This document shows positions 13,038 through 25,127 of a stretch of 64,000 nucleotides of DNA, piece after piece (the stretch's first letter is position 1; each line of letters starts with the position of its first letter). The notes beneath the pieces are model-generated. The model saw nothing but the letters and a program-made list of their open reading frames with translations, did not search any database and was not told where the DNA came from. The translations under genes were made by a program, and so were the position numbers. This DNA comes from Isurus oxyrinchus (Eukaryota), in NCBI GenBank assembly GCA_026770705.1, contig JANJGN010000022.1, positions 19,406,001-19,470,000 of the forward strand. The letters are read 5' to 3'.

Positions 13038-13265
13038 TTATCAGCATGTGATGGCTATGGTGATAATTGGGTTTGGGAAAGTATTACATTTCCACAACAA
13101 GACCTGGGAGTTCTGCACCAGCAGGGAGAAGATTAATGCTGAACTGGAGGAGATGGATGGCCTGTGGAGCTTTGACAATGACACAGTGATGCATCTGGTC
13201 ACAGCTGAGGTCCTAGCCAAGACTGGCAAGATTCTAGTATGTACCATTGCTCGAGAGTAACATAT
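13038..13265 (+). pseudogene. ADP-ribosylarginine hydrolase (ADPRH/ARH1-like) N-terminal pseudogene fragment in a TBC1D16 intron
   Basis: HVMAMVIIGFGKVLHFHNKTWEFCTSREKINAELEEMDGLWSFDNDTVMHLVTAEVLAKTGK aligns to the recalled ADPRH start ([23 protein letters not shown]...GEKIH.QL..LGGL...SDDTVMHLATAEALVEAGK); GDALG and SDDT are altered; stop at 13258-13260. Confidence 0.75.
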
Positions 13266-13364
13266 GGATTTGAAGAGATTCCCAAATATAAGTAATTAAG
13301 GCCAAATGCACTCTTACAGGGTAATTCATTTAGTAATTCAAAAATGAATGAAATCAGCCTTGCC

Positions 13365-14630
13365 TCTCTCAGGTGAGACATAAGAGTGGTGAAACTCTGT
13401 AGTATTAAGTTTAATAGATCTTAGTACAGAATCTAGGCTGACACTTAAGTTCAGTACTGAGGAAGAGATGCACTGACTTTTGGATGAGATGTTAAACTGA
13501 GTCCCCAAATGCTTGCTAAAGTGAACATAAAAAATCTAATGGCATGATTCACACACAGTAGAACAGGGGAGTTTTCCTAAAGCCTGGGCAACATTTATCC
13601 CTCTTCCAACAACACATTTATCTCAGCAGGTCTGCCTGGAACTTTGGAGAGAGCAACAATGTTTGAAATGGTGACCATTGGTCAGAATTCTAATGAAGGG
13701 TGTCCAACCTGAGATTTTAACAGTGGGATGGATTTACTGCAGCCCATCATGGCAGGAAATATGGCAGGCAGGCCCCCTTACTCGCAGGAGAGGCCCCATC
13801 AGTTTCCCGGCAGCAGCAAAATCTTATGGGATTAAGGCAGAGGGCAGAAAGGGCTGATGCGGGATTCCTAGCCCCTGATGGCAGGATGTCAATTAGGCTC
13901 ATTAATGAGCCAAGTGACACCCATTATCACTGTGTCCACTGCAACTTAATGGTGGCTAAGGGATTAACTAGGAGCCACATGGCTCTCCCGTGCCCTCGGA
14001 AGGCAGCCCAACAAACCCCATTGGCCACCTGGGTGAGGGGAGGCACCTGACATTGGGAGGGGGGAGGTCCAGCAAGTGCCCCACTCTCCCGTGACCCCCA
14101 TCCAGCCTTTACTCACTTCTGAACTGGAGTCGCACGATGATTGGACCCTGACCCCTGGTTGGTGCATTACTGCCAGCTGCTGGCGCTGGTGGGAATGAGG
14201 AGCTGGAGATCTCTGATTGGCCAGCAGCTCTTCGTGGACTTCAAGATCTTAATCACAAGGAACCCCCAACAGTGGAACTTAAGTGCCTGAAGGGCACTTG
14301 ATTCCGTTGGGTTTCCGCGATAGAACTGACAGGGTTTCCCCACCAGTTCCCTAACCAGTGGGTGAGACCCCATCGGCCCAACAGAATTCCGGCCTCTCTC
14401 TCTCCCTCCGCAGATTTTGACATAACCACTAAGCACTTCTAGCAATTTCTGTTTTTATTTCAGATTTCCATCATCTGCAGTATAATCTTCACCTCATTGG
14501 TGTTGGTGAAATCTTGCAATGTGCAAGTTAGATGCTACATTTACCTACACAACAGAGACTACATTTCAGAGGTGTTGCCTGTGAAGCATTTTGATGACAG
14601 CCTGGGGACATGAAAGATGTTATATAAAAA
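13365..14630 (+). mobile_element. Deu-domain SINE interrupted by a Penelope-like 3' fragment (~13685-13722 and ~14394-14482), which is itself split by a MITE
   Basis: Deu core ttggatgagatgttaaactgagtcc...cctgggcaacatttatccctc; SINE tail resumes at ~14495. Confidence 0.6.
13724..14393. mobile_element. PIF/Harbinger-type MITE
   Basis: Termini gggatggattt ... gaattccggcc; internal block ctgctggcgctggtggga...ctgattggccagcagctct resembles the MITE at 32076-32773. Confidence 0.6.
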
Positions 14631-14631
14631 C

Positions 14632-14830
14632 ATCAAATATACTGTTATGTAGACAAATGCAACAACCATTTTTCACACCAAGGCTCTACAAATGGGAGTA
14701 GGATGAATGATGAGTTGATCTGCTTTTTGAGATGTGGTTGATGGAAGAATGTTTGTCAGGACAAAGGAAGAGTTCTGTGTTCTTCATCAAAACAATTTTG
14801 TAGAATTTTTGACCTTCATCTAAAGAAGCA
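14632..14830 (-). mobile_element. Degenerate Deu-domain SINE fragment
   Basis: Similar to 7270-7450 in the same orientation. Confidence 0.45.
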
Positions 14831-15104
14831 CATTTTAAATTAATCCTGGGTCAGATTGCTATGATGCATTGGGGCATTCTAAGTTTCATTAACAAGCACT
14901 TATATAATTCCTCCAGAAACTCTTATTTTAACTATAACACTATTTATCACTTCTTTATAAGAAACACTTTGGCTTTTGAACCACAGAGATTTGTTCAGAC
15001 TAAATGGTTTAGTTAGCTCCTTGCAAATTACATCTAGACCACTTTATTGTGCTGTGTAATATTCATTTGTATTGCATCCTTGTGAAAGCAATTCTGTTAT
15101 TAAA

Positions 15105-15240
15105 TTAAAGCAAAATTCTGCAGATACTGGCAATCTGAAATAACAAATTGCCAGTGGTACTTAGCTGGTCTGGCAGCACCTATTGAGAGAGAAAAACAGA
15201 GTTAACGCTTCGAGTTTTTCCAGCACTTTGTTTCTATTTC
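15105..15240 (-). mobile_element. Penelope-like 3' tail fragment fused to an inverted piece of its own tail
   Basis: ...aaacagagttaacgcttcgag (half hammerhead, minus strand) directly followed by gagtttttccagcactttgtttctatttc (plus-strand tail). Confidence 0.55.
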
Positions 15241-15738
15241 CGTTTTTAAATAAATCTGACCAAAGAACCTTCTAAAATATGATGGTGAAATTCTACATAA
15301 TTATCAAATAGCAATTTTACTGCTAAAATTGTTAACCTTGATTCACACTACTCCCGATCATTGCACATTCCAAAATTGAATGTACTAGCTCATGGGGGGT
15401 TGAAAATTTGTTTGTCAGAATTGTACTTTGCTGTGAACCTGAATAAGAGATCCTGTATTGTAACAATTAGCTCTTTCCAACATTTGTTAACAGTAGTAAT
15501 AAACAGCTTAGTTAGAAGTCACGTCTTACAGGTTTAATTTAAAAAAACTTTGGTTCACTTTGCTTGAATTAAGGCCCCAAAAGTTTGTATAGATTCCCAA
15601 GAAAGTGAAATATAAGCACCTACCTAATTGTTTATGTTTATATTTTCTGTGTATGTTACAATTGGGAAAGAACCAGCTGCCAGATGATAGAGAATAGTTC
15701 AAATAAAAATTGTGAAAATTTCTATGTTTCCTTCAAAG

Positions 15739-15887
15739 GCAATATTTTTTGGAGGTATCGATCCTACTATTCGTGGAGAAGTCTGGCCATTTCTGTTACG
15801 ATTTTATAGCTGTGAAACAACATCAGAAGAAAGGGAAGCTCTACGGATTCAGAAACGTGCAGAATATGAAGAAATTCAGCAAAAAAG
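15739..15887 (+). CDS. TBC1D16: TBC1D16 coding exon (human exon 7 equivalent), 149 nt; start of the TBC domain
   Basis: ttcaaag|GCA ATA...AAA AG|gtaact; AIFFGGIDPTIRGEVWPFLLRFYSCETTSEEREALRIQKRAEYEEIQQK (not in the supplied ORF track). Confidence 0.96.
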
Positions 15888-16029
15888 GTAACTTATAATT
15901 CATGTGCAAATGACCAGTACTGGCTTCTTGGGTATTTCTTCAGAACACAGGAGTTATTTACTGTTGACCAATTGCACGATGATCAGCTGAGCACCAACCT
16001 GAGATTGGCAAACTTTAAAACGTTTTGTG

Positions 16030-16650
16030 CAGTCCTGAGGGAGAGCTGCACTGTTGCCTTTTCAGATAAGTCATTAAACCAAGAACACACCTGCTCTATC
16101 AATTTTTTTCTTCATTGATTGGATGTGGGCATCGTTGACATGGTTAACATTTATTGCCCATCCCTAATTGCACTTGAGAACGTAGTTGTGAACCACTGTC
16201 CTAAAACACTGCATTTCATGTGGATTACAGTTTCTTGTAGCAGTTTTTGGTGTAACTGAGTGACTTGCTAGGCTTTTCAGAGGGCAGTTAAGTACTAACC
16301 ATATCACTATGGCTTTGGAGTCACATAAAAGCCAGACTTGGCAAGACTGGTGGGTTTCTTTCACTAAAGGATATTAGTAGATACAAAAAGATTCCATTAC
16401 ATATTTCAAAGAAGAGCATGGGAGTTCTCTTTGGTTTCCTGGCCAATATTTATTCCCCAATCACATTACAAAAACAGATTATCTGGATATTACCACACTG
16501 TTGTTTGTGGGAGCTTGCTGTACACAAATTGGCTGCCATGTTTCCTACATTACAACAGTGATTGCACTTCAAAAATACTTCATTGACTACAAGCACGTTG
16601 AGATGTCCTGAGATCCTGAAATGTACTATCTATAAATATAAGTCTTTTTT
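16030..16650 (+). mobile_element. Deu-domain SINE with a nested minus-strand non-autonomous LINE derivative (~16103-16380)
   Basis: Deu core is split between ctgctctatc (16100) and aaaagattcc (16386); the insert matches both ends of the 55530-59321 LINE. Confidence 0.7.
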
Positions 16651-17019
16651 TCTTTTACTACTGGGACAAAAATAAGCTGTACAGTTGAGACAGTATACAT
16701 GCGCAACACACTGCGACCAGAAGAGATGAGTAGAACTGTAGAAAAGGAATTTTCGTAGGGGAAAGGAGGATTCAGGTGGACATGATAATAACCTCAAGAT
16801 AAGAAAAGAGGGCTATATACAGGGCATCAGCAACCAAATGGGGGAATTGGAGGAAGTAATTAGAAGAGATAACAAAAACGTAGCAGCAGATAAAATAGGA
16901 TTTGGAATTAAATATTGCAGGATATAATGTATTTAAAAAAGATAAAAACAACATGGTGTGGTGGGCTGGCTTTGTTAATTAGAAATAACAATGGTAATAA
17001 TAAAAAAAATTAAAAATAT

Positions 17020-17460
17020 GAAATCATGGAATCGTTAGTGCAAAAAGAGATCATTAAGCCCATCGTGTCTGCACCAGCTCTCCAAATGAGTAATTCACTG
17101 AATGCCATTCCCCCGTCTTCTCCCTGTAACCCTGCACATTGTTCCTTTTCAGATAACAGTCTAATTCCCTTTTGAATGCCTCGATTGAACCTGCCTCCAC
17201 TGTACTCTCAGGGAGTTCATTCTAGACCTTAACCACTCACTGCATGAGACAGTTATTCCCCATATCACTTTCTTGCTTCTTTTGCTAAATACTTAAAATC
17301 TGTGCCCTCTCATCTCAATCCTTTCACAAGTGTGAACAGTTTCTCCCTATCTACTCTGACCAGACTCCTCATGATTTTGAATACCGCTACCTCCTCACAG
17401 CTTTCTCTTCTCCATGGAAAACAGTCCCAACTTTTCCAAGCTTTCTTCATAGCTGGTTCC
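17020..17460 (-). mobile_element. CR1 LINE 3' fragment; a degenerate plus-strand CR1 endonuclease piece lies at ~16690-17000
   Basis: Reverse CR1 3' end atcatggaatc...gagatcattaagcccatcg...gattgaacctgcctccac. Confidence 0.6.
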
Positions 17461-18731
17461 AGGAATGAGGAACTTCATTCTTGTGAACAGAATACATATG
17501 GATTGAAATGAAGGATAGGAAAAGATTACAGGTAGCCAAGAAATGGAAAGGAAATGGAGGGAAAAATATGTAAGAAAATGAAATGCAGGGAGAAATTAGT
17601 CAATTTGCTGTAAGCTCTTTTTGCACTACTTGCATAGACAAATTTCACCTCCAAATTCTTTCGAAAAGGTCAGTGAATGGGGGGCTTATTAGTTAGTGAA
17701 GGCTCAGGTTCACATTACTAGTAGCCTTTTGTTTCATACCTTTTTTTTCACAGCTTGTTATAGTAAATACGTTTGGAACTATCTGGTTGTCACTAATTCT
17801 TTCTACAGTATTTATCTTCCTGTTATTCAATACAACCTTTTGGAGTTAAGAGAAAATAAGTGCCACAGTGTGGTAGAGTAGGTATGTCATCTGTAGCTAA
17901 TGTGAAATACAGCCTCTGTTGGGCCATTGTACAGAATAGTTTCTAAAGGAAAATGAAAAGCATGTCAACACAAGCGACTCTTAAACCTCTCAGTCATGAC
18001 AGGAATTAGAATGCCTATCAATAGGAATGATTAGATTAAAAGTGGGAGAGCAAAAACAATTTTAAAATAGGGAGAAAAAACCAACAGTCGGTAGAGTTAT
18101 AACTGTAGCATTAAAGATGGTTACAATTTGAACAGAAAAAGGTTTCCAAGTGAAACTTTGAATATGCATGTGCCAAGTATGAGTGTTTTTTGTACATTTT
18201 GCTGGTGGCCTTTTAATGCAAGCTTATGAGAAACCTGAACTGAGGAAATGTCAAGAACAGTAAAACATTTGCCTTGTTTACCTAAAATCATATTTTCCAT
18301 TATAAATTTTTAAAAATCAAACCTTAAAATAACACTGAAAAGAAATGTTAGATTTCATAATATATTCAGGGTGGTTCACCTGGGTTCAATTACAACTTGC
18401 TCAAAAGGAACAATTTTGCTTTTCAACATTTGTGCTTGTTCGCTCTGCCATTACCAACATTGTGTCAAAAATATAACTTTTATTATTTGACTTCTCAATA
18501 TATTTTAGAAATTACTTGCGTTGATTTTTCACATTTTAGCTGAAGAAGCCCAATCATAATTGTGATAGGTTCATTCAACATCTGTCATTGCGCCAGATCT
18601 GAAGGAAGGAGCGGTAATAACAGATCCTTCTCCAGCTTGTTGCTGGATGGCTAAAAGCAGCTCGACAGAATTAAGGGAGGTGAGCTGTGTGAGTTACAGG
18701 AATTGAGGCTTAAGTTATTTTCCTTTTGCAG

Positions 18732-18866
18732 ATTGTCTATGACTCCAGAGGAACAGGAAGATTTTTGGCGGAAAGTTCAGTTTACTGTTGATAAAGACGT
18801 GGTTCGGACTGATCGATCCAAACAGTTCTTCAAAGGGGAAAACAATCCCAATGTGGAAGCTATGAG
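18732..18866 (+). CDS. TBC1D16: TBC1D16 coding exon (human exon 8 equivalent), 135 nt, with the arginine finger
   Basis: ttttgcag|A TTG...ATG AG|gtaagg; LSMTPEEQEDFWRKVQFTVDKDVVRTDRSKQFFKGENNPNVEAM (xxDxxR motif). Confidence 0.96.
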
Positions 18867-20046
18867 GTAAGGTTGTTGTGTGTGACTGTGTAGATTGGGT
18901 AGTTTTGAAGACAATGTCACAAAGTGGCAACATGAAACTACTTAAATTTAAGAAGTGCTTGGCAAACAATAGTCTGAATTACAGTTTAACTACTTTCAAT
19001 TTTACAATGTCTTTTGTTTAGCAGAAAATTAAATTTTGCATTAAATTACATTTGATGCAACTAATGTTTGTGCTGTCTATGTAACATTAACTGCATTTCA
19101 AAGTAGTTTATTCCATATTGTGATATTTCAGAAAAATTTGATAAACCAAATCAATGCAAACCTTTCCTTTTTATATCTGATACTCGACAAGAAAAATGGG
19201 CTGACAATTGGTGACATTTCATTGATTCATGGAAATGCCCAATGGCTAGCTTTGTGGAGACTGTGGAAAATGTCATGAAGACTACAGGAAATGGTTTGAG
19301 TTATGCAGAGCTATGTTGTAATTATGCAGAAGGCCTCCATCCAATTTTTAAAAAATGACTTATTGTTACAAGTTCAAGTTCTTGTCTGAAATATTGTTTC
19401 AGGTATAGAGGTTCCAGTCACTTCCATAAGCAGTCTGAGTGTTATATGTTTGAGGGCATGGCCATTTTGCCCAATATCTAATTAAAGCATAACCCAGCAG
19501 TGTAAATAAATATTCATGTCTTTTGCACATGTTCATTGGAAAGATTGAAGAACCAGTACTTATTGAGACAAGGCCAGATATGAATCATCTAAGCTGCTTT
19601 ATTTCACAGCACCAGAACATAGAGGCAAAGATTATGATCAGATTTCCTTATTTAAAGTATTACATTTGCATTTGCATAATAATACAAGTGATGAATATGC
19701 TATGCCTCATAAACAGCAAGGCATCTTGTTCCATTAAGGTAATTTCTAACTATCCCTTCACTCTCTAACCTTCTCATAACCTTCACTGGATTTGACTTCT
19801 TTGTTGCTTTTGTTTTCATAAACCAAGCTGACTCCACAGCCATGCTGGTCCTGGCTAACTGACCCCTCATATGTAGGTCTCTTTTACTTCTGCCACATCA
19901 TTAATTGGGGCTTGGTTCCTGCATTCCCCACCCATTTGGGGTTGACCAAAAAACTGCCAACCATGACTACTACTGCATTGCCCCCACACCTTGAAACCAG
20001 CATCATGCGAAACTCATCAGGAATGGCCTATCCAACTCTTGACATG

Positions 20047-20151
20047 TAATAAAAACAGTAAATGCTGGAAAAACTCAGCAGGCTTGACAGCATCTGTGAA
20101 GAGAGAAACAGTTAACGTTTCGAGCCCATATGACTCTTCTTCAGAGCTTCA
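20047..20151 (-). mobile_element. 105-bp Penelope-like hammerhead + tail insertion
   Basis: Flanked by the direct repeat tgacatg (20040-20046 / 20152-20158); tail resembles 39235-39300. Confidence 0.75.
20110..20148 (-). ncRNA. Minimal type-I hammerhead ribozyme motif with canonical core
   Basis: Minus strand AGCU-CUGAAGA-A-GAGUC-auaug-GGCUC-GAAAC-GUU-AACU: CUGANGA/GAAA core, 5-bp stem II, palindromic ACGU in place of stem III, stem I 3 of 4 pairs. Confidence 0.7.
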
Positions 20152-20391
20152 TGACATGCTTATGTTTGGGAGCACCTGTGTTTAACAATTCCCCTGTTTT
20201 GTGTGGTAATAGTTTGTGTTTGGCTTTGCTACACAAGCTCCAATACATGAAGCTTGTGGTCTTCTTCTTTAACTTGTGAAAATTCACAACGCTTAAGCAT
20301 AATTGAATCCCACATCCTTTACATGAATAAAAATATGATAAAAATTCTGGAAATGTGTCACTTATGCATATTTATTTGAATATCTTCACAG

Positions 20392-20578
20392 GAGAATTTT
20401 GCTGAACTATGCAGTTTACAGTCCTGAGATAGGGTATTCCCAAGGAATGTCTGATCTGGTGGCTCCAATCTTGTCAGAGGTCAGGGATGAATCTGACACA
20501 TTTTGGTGTTTTGTCGGACTAATGCAGAATACAATTTTCATCAGCTCACCACGGGATGATGATATGGAAAGACAACTG
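20392..20578 (+). CDS. TBC1D16: TBC1D16 coding exon (human exon 9 equivalent), 187 nt, with the glutamine finger
   Basis: ttcacag|G AGA ATT...CAA CTG|gtaggt; RILLNYAVYSPEIGYSQGMSDLVAPILSEVRDESDTFWCFVGLMQNTIFISSPRDDDMERQL (YxQ motif). Confidence 0.97.
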
Positions 20579-21301
20579 GTAGGTGCTGAGTCAGCTGGGG
20601 AAAAATATCTTTGAGTGACAATGAAAATGATTGAAGGGATCTAAGTTAGTTTTTGGAAAAATGTTTAATTCTAATATGACTCTTCAAATTTCAGGTAATA
20701 CAAATCTTTGTAGCAAGATTAGCTGCTGCCTTAAAAATCCTTTACAATGTAGGATGCTTGGGAACAAATCATGTTTCATGAAGTATAGTATTTATTTTTC
20801 TTTCGTGCTTTCTCAATTTCCAGCAGTTTTTATGATTTTCGATGGGAACTTACAATTAATTTTGGATACTTGGAGCAGAAACCACTTGAACACTGAAAGT
20901 TAACTTTGTAGTTTCATGTGAATGGTTTAGAAAGTACCAGTATTTCAATTATTAGGAATAAATCATTCCCACTTCCAGTTATTCCACTGTTGGTATTGGT
21001 GTTCTGAATCCTTCATACAGAGCTAATTTAGAGCACTTGTTGCCCTACTATTTCATGCATTGTAAATGGGGCATGATTTAGGTTGCCTATTATATGTACA
21101 TATATAAATATATAAAATATGACAGATTTTTAAAATAACATTTTTTTTCTTAAATTATATGAAATGCACTCTTCTTTGACCTTGATTTTTTTAAATTATG
21201 GCAAATTTCATCTGTTTAAGAACATTGTACAGGTCATTTTTTTTTAAATATTCATATTAGATATTTTTAAAAATGCAGTGTTTGTTTATTTTTTTTTAAA
21301 G

Positions 21302-21481
21302 CTGTACCTGAGAGAGCTACTGAGATTGATGCACCTCCGTTTTTACCAGCACCTGGTGTCCCTGGGTGAGGATGGGCTCCAAATGCTGTTCTGCCATCGG
21401 TGGATTCTCCTCTGCTTTAAACGCGAGTTTCCTGAAGCAGAGGCACTTCGCATTTGGGAGGCATGTTGGGCTCATTACCAG
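21302..21481 (+). CDS. TBC1D16: TBC1D16 coding exon (human exon 10 equivalent), 180 nt
   Basis: tttaaag|CTG TAC...TAC CAG|gttagc; LYLRELLRLMHLRFYQHLVSLGEDGLQMLFCHRWILLCFKREFPEAEALRIWEACWAHYQ. Confidence 0.97.
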
Positions 21482-22299
21482 GTTAGCATTTGCTCTTTTA
21501 GGCATTTGTTAAGTCCAGTAGATTGGATAAATGCTGATTGTGGGAGTAACAAACCTACAATAGCTTTATTTTTAAACTAGGGCATTTGAACATAGTTTGC
21601 ACCAATAATTGAATTGGACACTTTTAGGTTGGTATTTACACTTAACAGCATTGTGGCTGTACTAGATATAATTATAATCCTTTGCTTTTACGTGTGAAAC
21701 CATAGTTAGAATCCATCACAGATTGTCTCTGTTAGGGAGACAATTCGGCCATCTTCACTCATCTATGCAGAAAGAAGTTGCAAAATTATCCCATCTTATC
21801 CTACTCATTCCATGCGTTGAGAATCCCTGTGTGAAGAAAGACCTCTTGACGTTAGATCTATATTTGCCTAGATTGAACCAGTGCCCTACTATCCTATAGT
21901 TATAAATTAATTTGTAATGTTCTCAATCCATCCTTTCCACACAGTTTACAATATTAAATACCCCTTGAGGCCACCTTTCAGATACTTTTTTTCTTTTGAA
22001 GTTGAAAAGCCCAGGTTTCTTCATTCTGCCTAATCATGCAGTTGAAGCTTGGGATGTATCTCATGGTTCTTCTCTGAGCTTTTTTGGCTTGAATTTCTGA
22101 ACAAAGTCGGATGTAGTAACCAGAGCTTTGAACAGCTCAACTTCCACCATTTTTTAATATTTTGCCTATATAATTCAGCATTCTAATTGCTTTGTTGGCT
22201 ATTGTGCTGCTTTGACACATGCTTCATAGCTGTACTAGGTACATAAAGGACAAATTCATGTTTACAGTGCTGTTACCTTTTTCTAAAAAGTATTTTCTG

Positions 22300-23835
22300 G
22301 AATCATTGAATTGGTAGGTAGAAAAGTAACACCATTGTTCAAGAAAGAAAGAGAGAAAACAGGGAGCTACAGGCCAGTTAGCTTGATGTCAGTTGTTGAG
22401 GAAATGCTGGAATCCATTAGTAAGGAAGTGGTAACACAGCACTTGGAAAATTGTAATATGATTAGGCACAGCCAACACAATTTAATCTTAGGGAATAGTG
22501 TTTGAAAAATCTATCAGAATTTTTTGAGAATGTTACTACCAGTGGATGCAGTATATTTTTCAAAAGGCATTCAATAAGGTGCCACATGAAACATAGCTGC
22601 ACAAGATAAGAACTCATGGGGTTAAATTAGTTAAAAGATTGAAAGCAGAGAGTAGGAACAAAAAGCTCAATTGTTTAAAATCTGTGTTAATGACTTAGAT
22701 GAGGAGACCAAGTATAATGCATCCAAACTTGCTGATGAAGCAAAGCTGGGTGGGAAAGTAAGCTCCGAGGAGGATACAAAAGAGTCTGCAAAGGTATATA
22801 CATAGATGAAGTTATTGGGTGGCAGATGGCATATAACTTGGGGAAAGGTAAGCTTATTCACTTTGGTAGTAAGAATAGAAAAGCAAAGTACTTTTTCAAT
22901 GGTGAGAAACTATTAAAATTTAGCCTTTTGTCAATTAATTTCTCTTGTCCTCACCCTATCAGAGACCTTCCCTTTTATTCTTTACCTCTTTCCCCTTCCA
23001 TTGACTCAAAACCTATTCCATTTCTATCTTTATTCAGCTCTGAGAAATGGTCATCTCAGCCTGAAACATTGCTTTTGTTTCTCTCCACTGACGCTGTCTG
23101 ATTTCCTGAGCATTTCCAGCATTTTTTGATTTCATTTCAGATTTCCAGTATCTTGCTTTTTGAGCTATCAAATGTTGCTGTTCAAAGATTTGGGTGTCCT
23201 TGTACAAAGTTGGTGAATGCAGGTACAAGAAGCAATTAGGAAGGCAAATGGTATGTTGACATTTATTGCAAGGGGTTTGGAATAAGGAAGTTTTGTTGCA
23301 ATTCTAAAGAGATTTGATGCGATCACACCCAGAGTAGTCTGTGCAGTTTTAGTCTCTGTAACTATGGAAGGAAATGCTTGCCTTATAGTGGGTACAATGA
23401 AGATTTACTAGACTGATTCCTGGAGTAAGAGGGTTGTCCTTATGAGGAGAGATTTCATTGAATAGGCCTATTACTGTCTGGAGTTTAGAAGAATGAGAGG
23501 CGCTCTAATAGAAACATTTGATAGGATAGATGCCGAGAGTTAAAGGGGCATTGTCACAAGGTAAGGGGTTGCCCATTTAGGACGCTCATATAAGGGGAAA
23601 TTACTTCACTAAGAGGGTTGTGAATCTTTGGCATTCTGTACTTCAGAGGGCTGTGTGTACTCAGTCATTGTGTATTCAAGACTGAGATTGATAGATTTTT
23701 GGACTCTTAAGGGAATCAGGGGCTATGAGGATGGGCGTGAAAATTGATTTGAGGTTGTAGATCAACCATGATTTTATTGAAGGGCAGAGCAGACACTAAG
23801 GATCGTATGACCTACTGCTCATATTTCTTGTGCTC
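22300..23835 (+). mobile_element. 5'-truncated, degenerate CR1 LINE (RT and 3' end) with a nested Penelope-like fragment at ~22918-23163
   Basis: VTPLFKK..KTGSYRPVSL, SKLADEAKLGG, CR1 tail gatcaaccatgattttattga...cctactgctcatatttctt; nested insert flanked by ctattaaa/ctatcaaa. Confidence 0.8.
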
Positions 23836-25064
23836 TTGCGAAAAGCTGAGTTTAACACTTCTGAAATAATCATTATGGATAACTTTGTTTAATGGTGTTT
23901 TAAATTATAGCATATTAGCCAACAGCAACACCAATTTTGGTAATTATGTGATACGGTTAATATGGTGGTGGTGCTGCTCCTGGATGCATTGATGGACTAG
24001 AACATGAGTTTTTTTCTTGTTTCACTGAAGGCAACATCGCCAGACACACATTATATTAAGTTGTGAGTTGTGGATGGCCTGAGTGTTCAGTTCACGTACA
24101 GGCCAGCAATACAGTTTGTCAATCATTAGTCTGTATGAACATCTTCCCACCCCCCCCCCCCCCCACTCTCTTCTTCCCCTCAACCTCCTCCACACACACA
24201 CACACCCCCCCCCCCCACCCTCCATCACTATCTCCTCCTCCCCTGCAAACGATAATAAGTTAAAATTGCTGATCTTGGTTTTCTAACAGCGGTGCTGTTC
24301 TTTCTTTCTTCTGGTACTGTAGTGCAAAGAGGGTGAATTCTATAATGACAGCACCTTAAGAGTAATAGAAAAATATTGTTGCTTGAAATGGTTCTTTAAG
24401 ATAAATGCAGCATAAAATAACCCAGTTACATTCCATTCTGTCAATGTTGCCCTCTGGCCTAAATGGCATAATTGCTCAAACTGCTGTCCTTTTAGACAAT
24501 GCACACTTTAATTTTAGTCCCAGATTTCAGTTTTATTAATAGAGCAACACTGAAATGCCAAAATAATTGTACAAAAATCGAGCAAGTCTGATACTGTTTC
24601 ATGCAGATTTAATCAGTAAATCAATAGATTTTTAAAAATACAAACTAAAATGTTGGAAAAAGTGCTGGAAAAGAGAGACATTTTGGTTGTATTATTTCAT
24701 ACCAAAACATATATTTTCACTTTTTAAACAAAACCTTTTTTGTCCTTTCTGACATGCCCATTAACTGGCCATTATTCTCCACCAGATGAAATGACCAGAA
24801 TTATCATTGTTGTAAACTTATCCATGAATTTTACTACCATGCTCCATCTTGACTCATCAACCAGAATTTAAATAGGATGAGCTGTCCATAGCTCAGTTGA
24901 CTGAATTTGATCAATTGTTAAGTGACTAAAGTGGCAAGGCGACTAGGAATTTAACTTCCAATCTTTTGATCAGGAATTGATTTACTTCCACCAGTTTAAG
25001 TACTATGTCTGCTTTTTTGCACTTTGTGCCCTGAGATCCTCCCCCAGACCCCTCGTGTGCGCAT

Positions 25065-25127
25065 GCACACACGCACGCACACACACGCACGCACACACAC
25101 ACACACACACACACGCACACACACACA
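25065..25127. repeat. Imperfect (CA)n/(CACG)n microsatellite
   Basis: cacacacgcacgcacacacacg...cacacacag. Confidence 0.95.
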
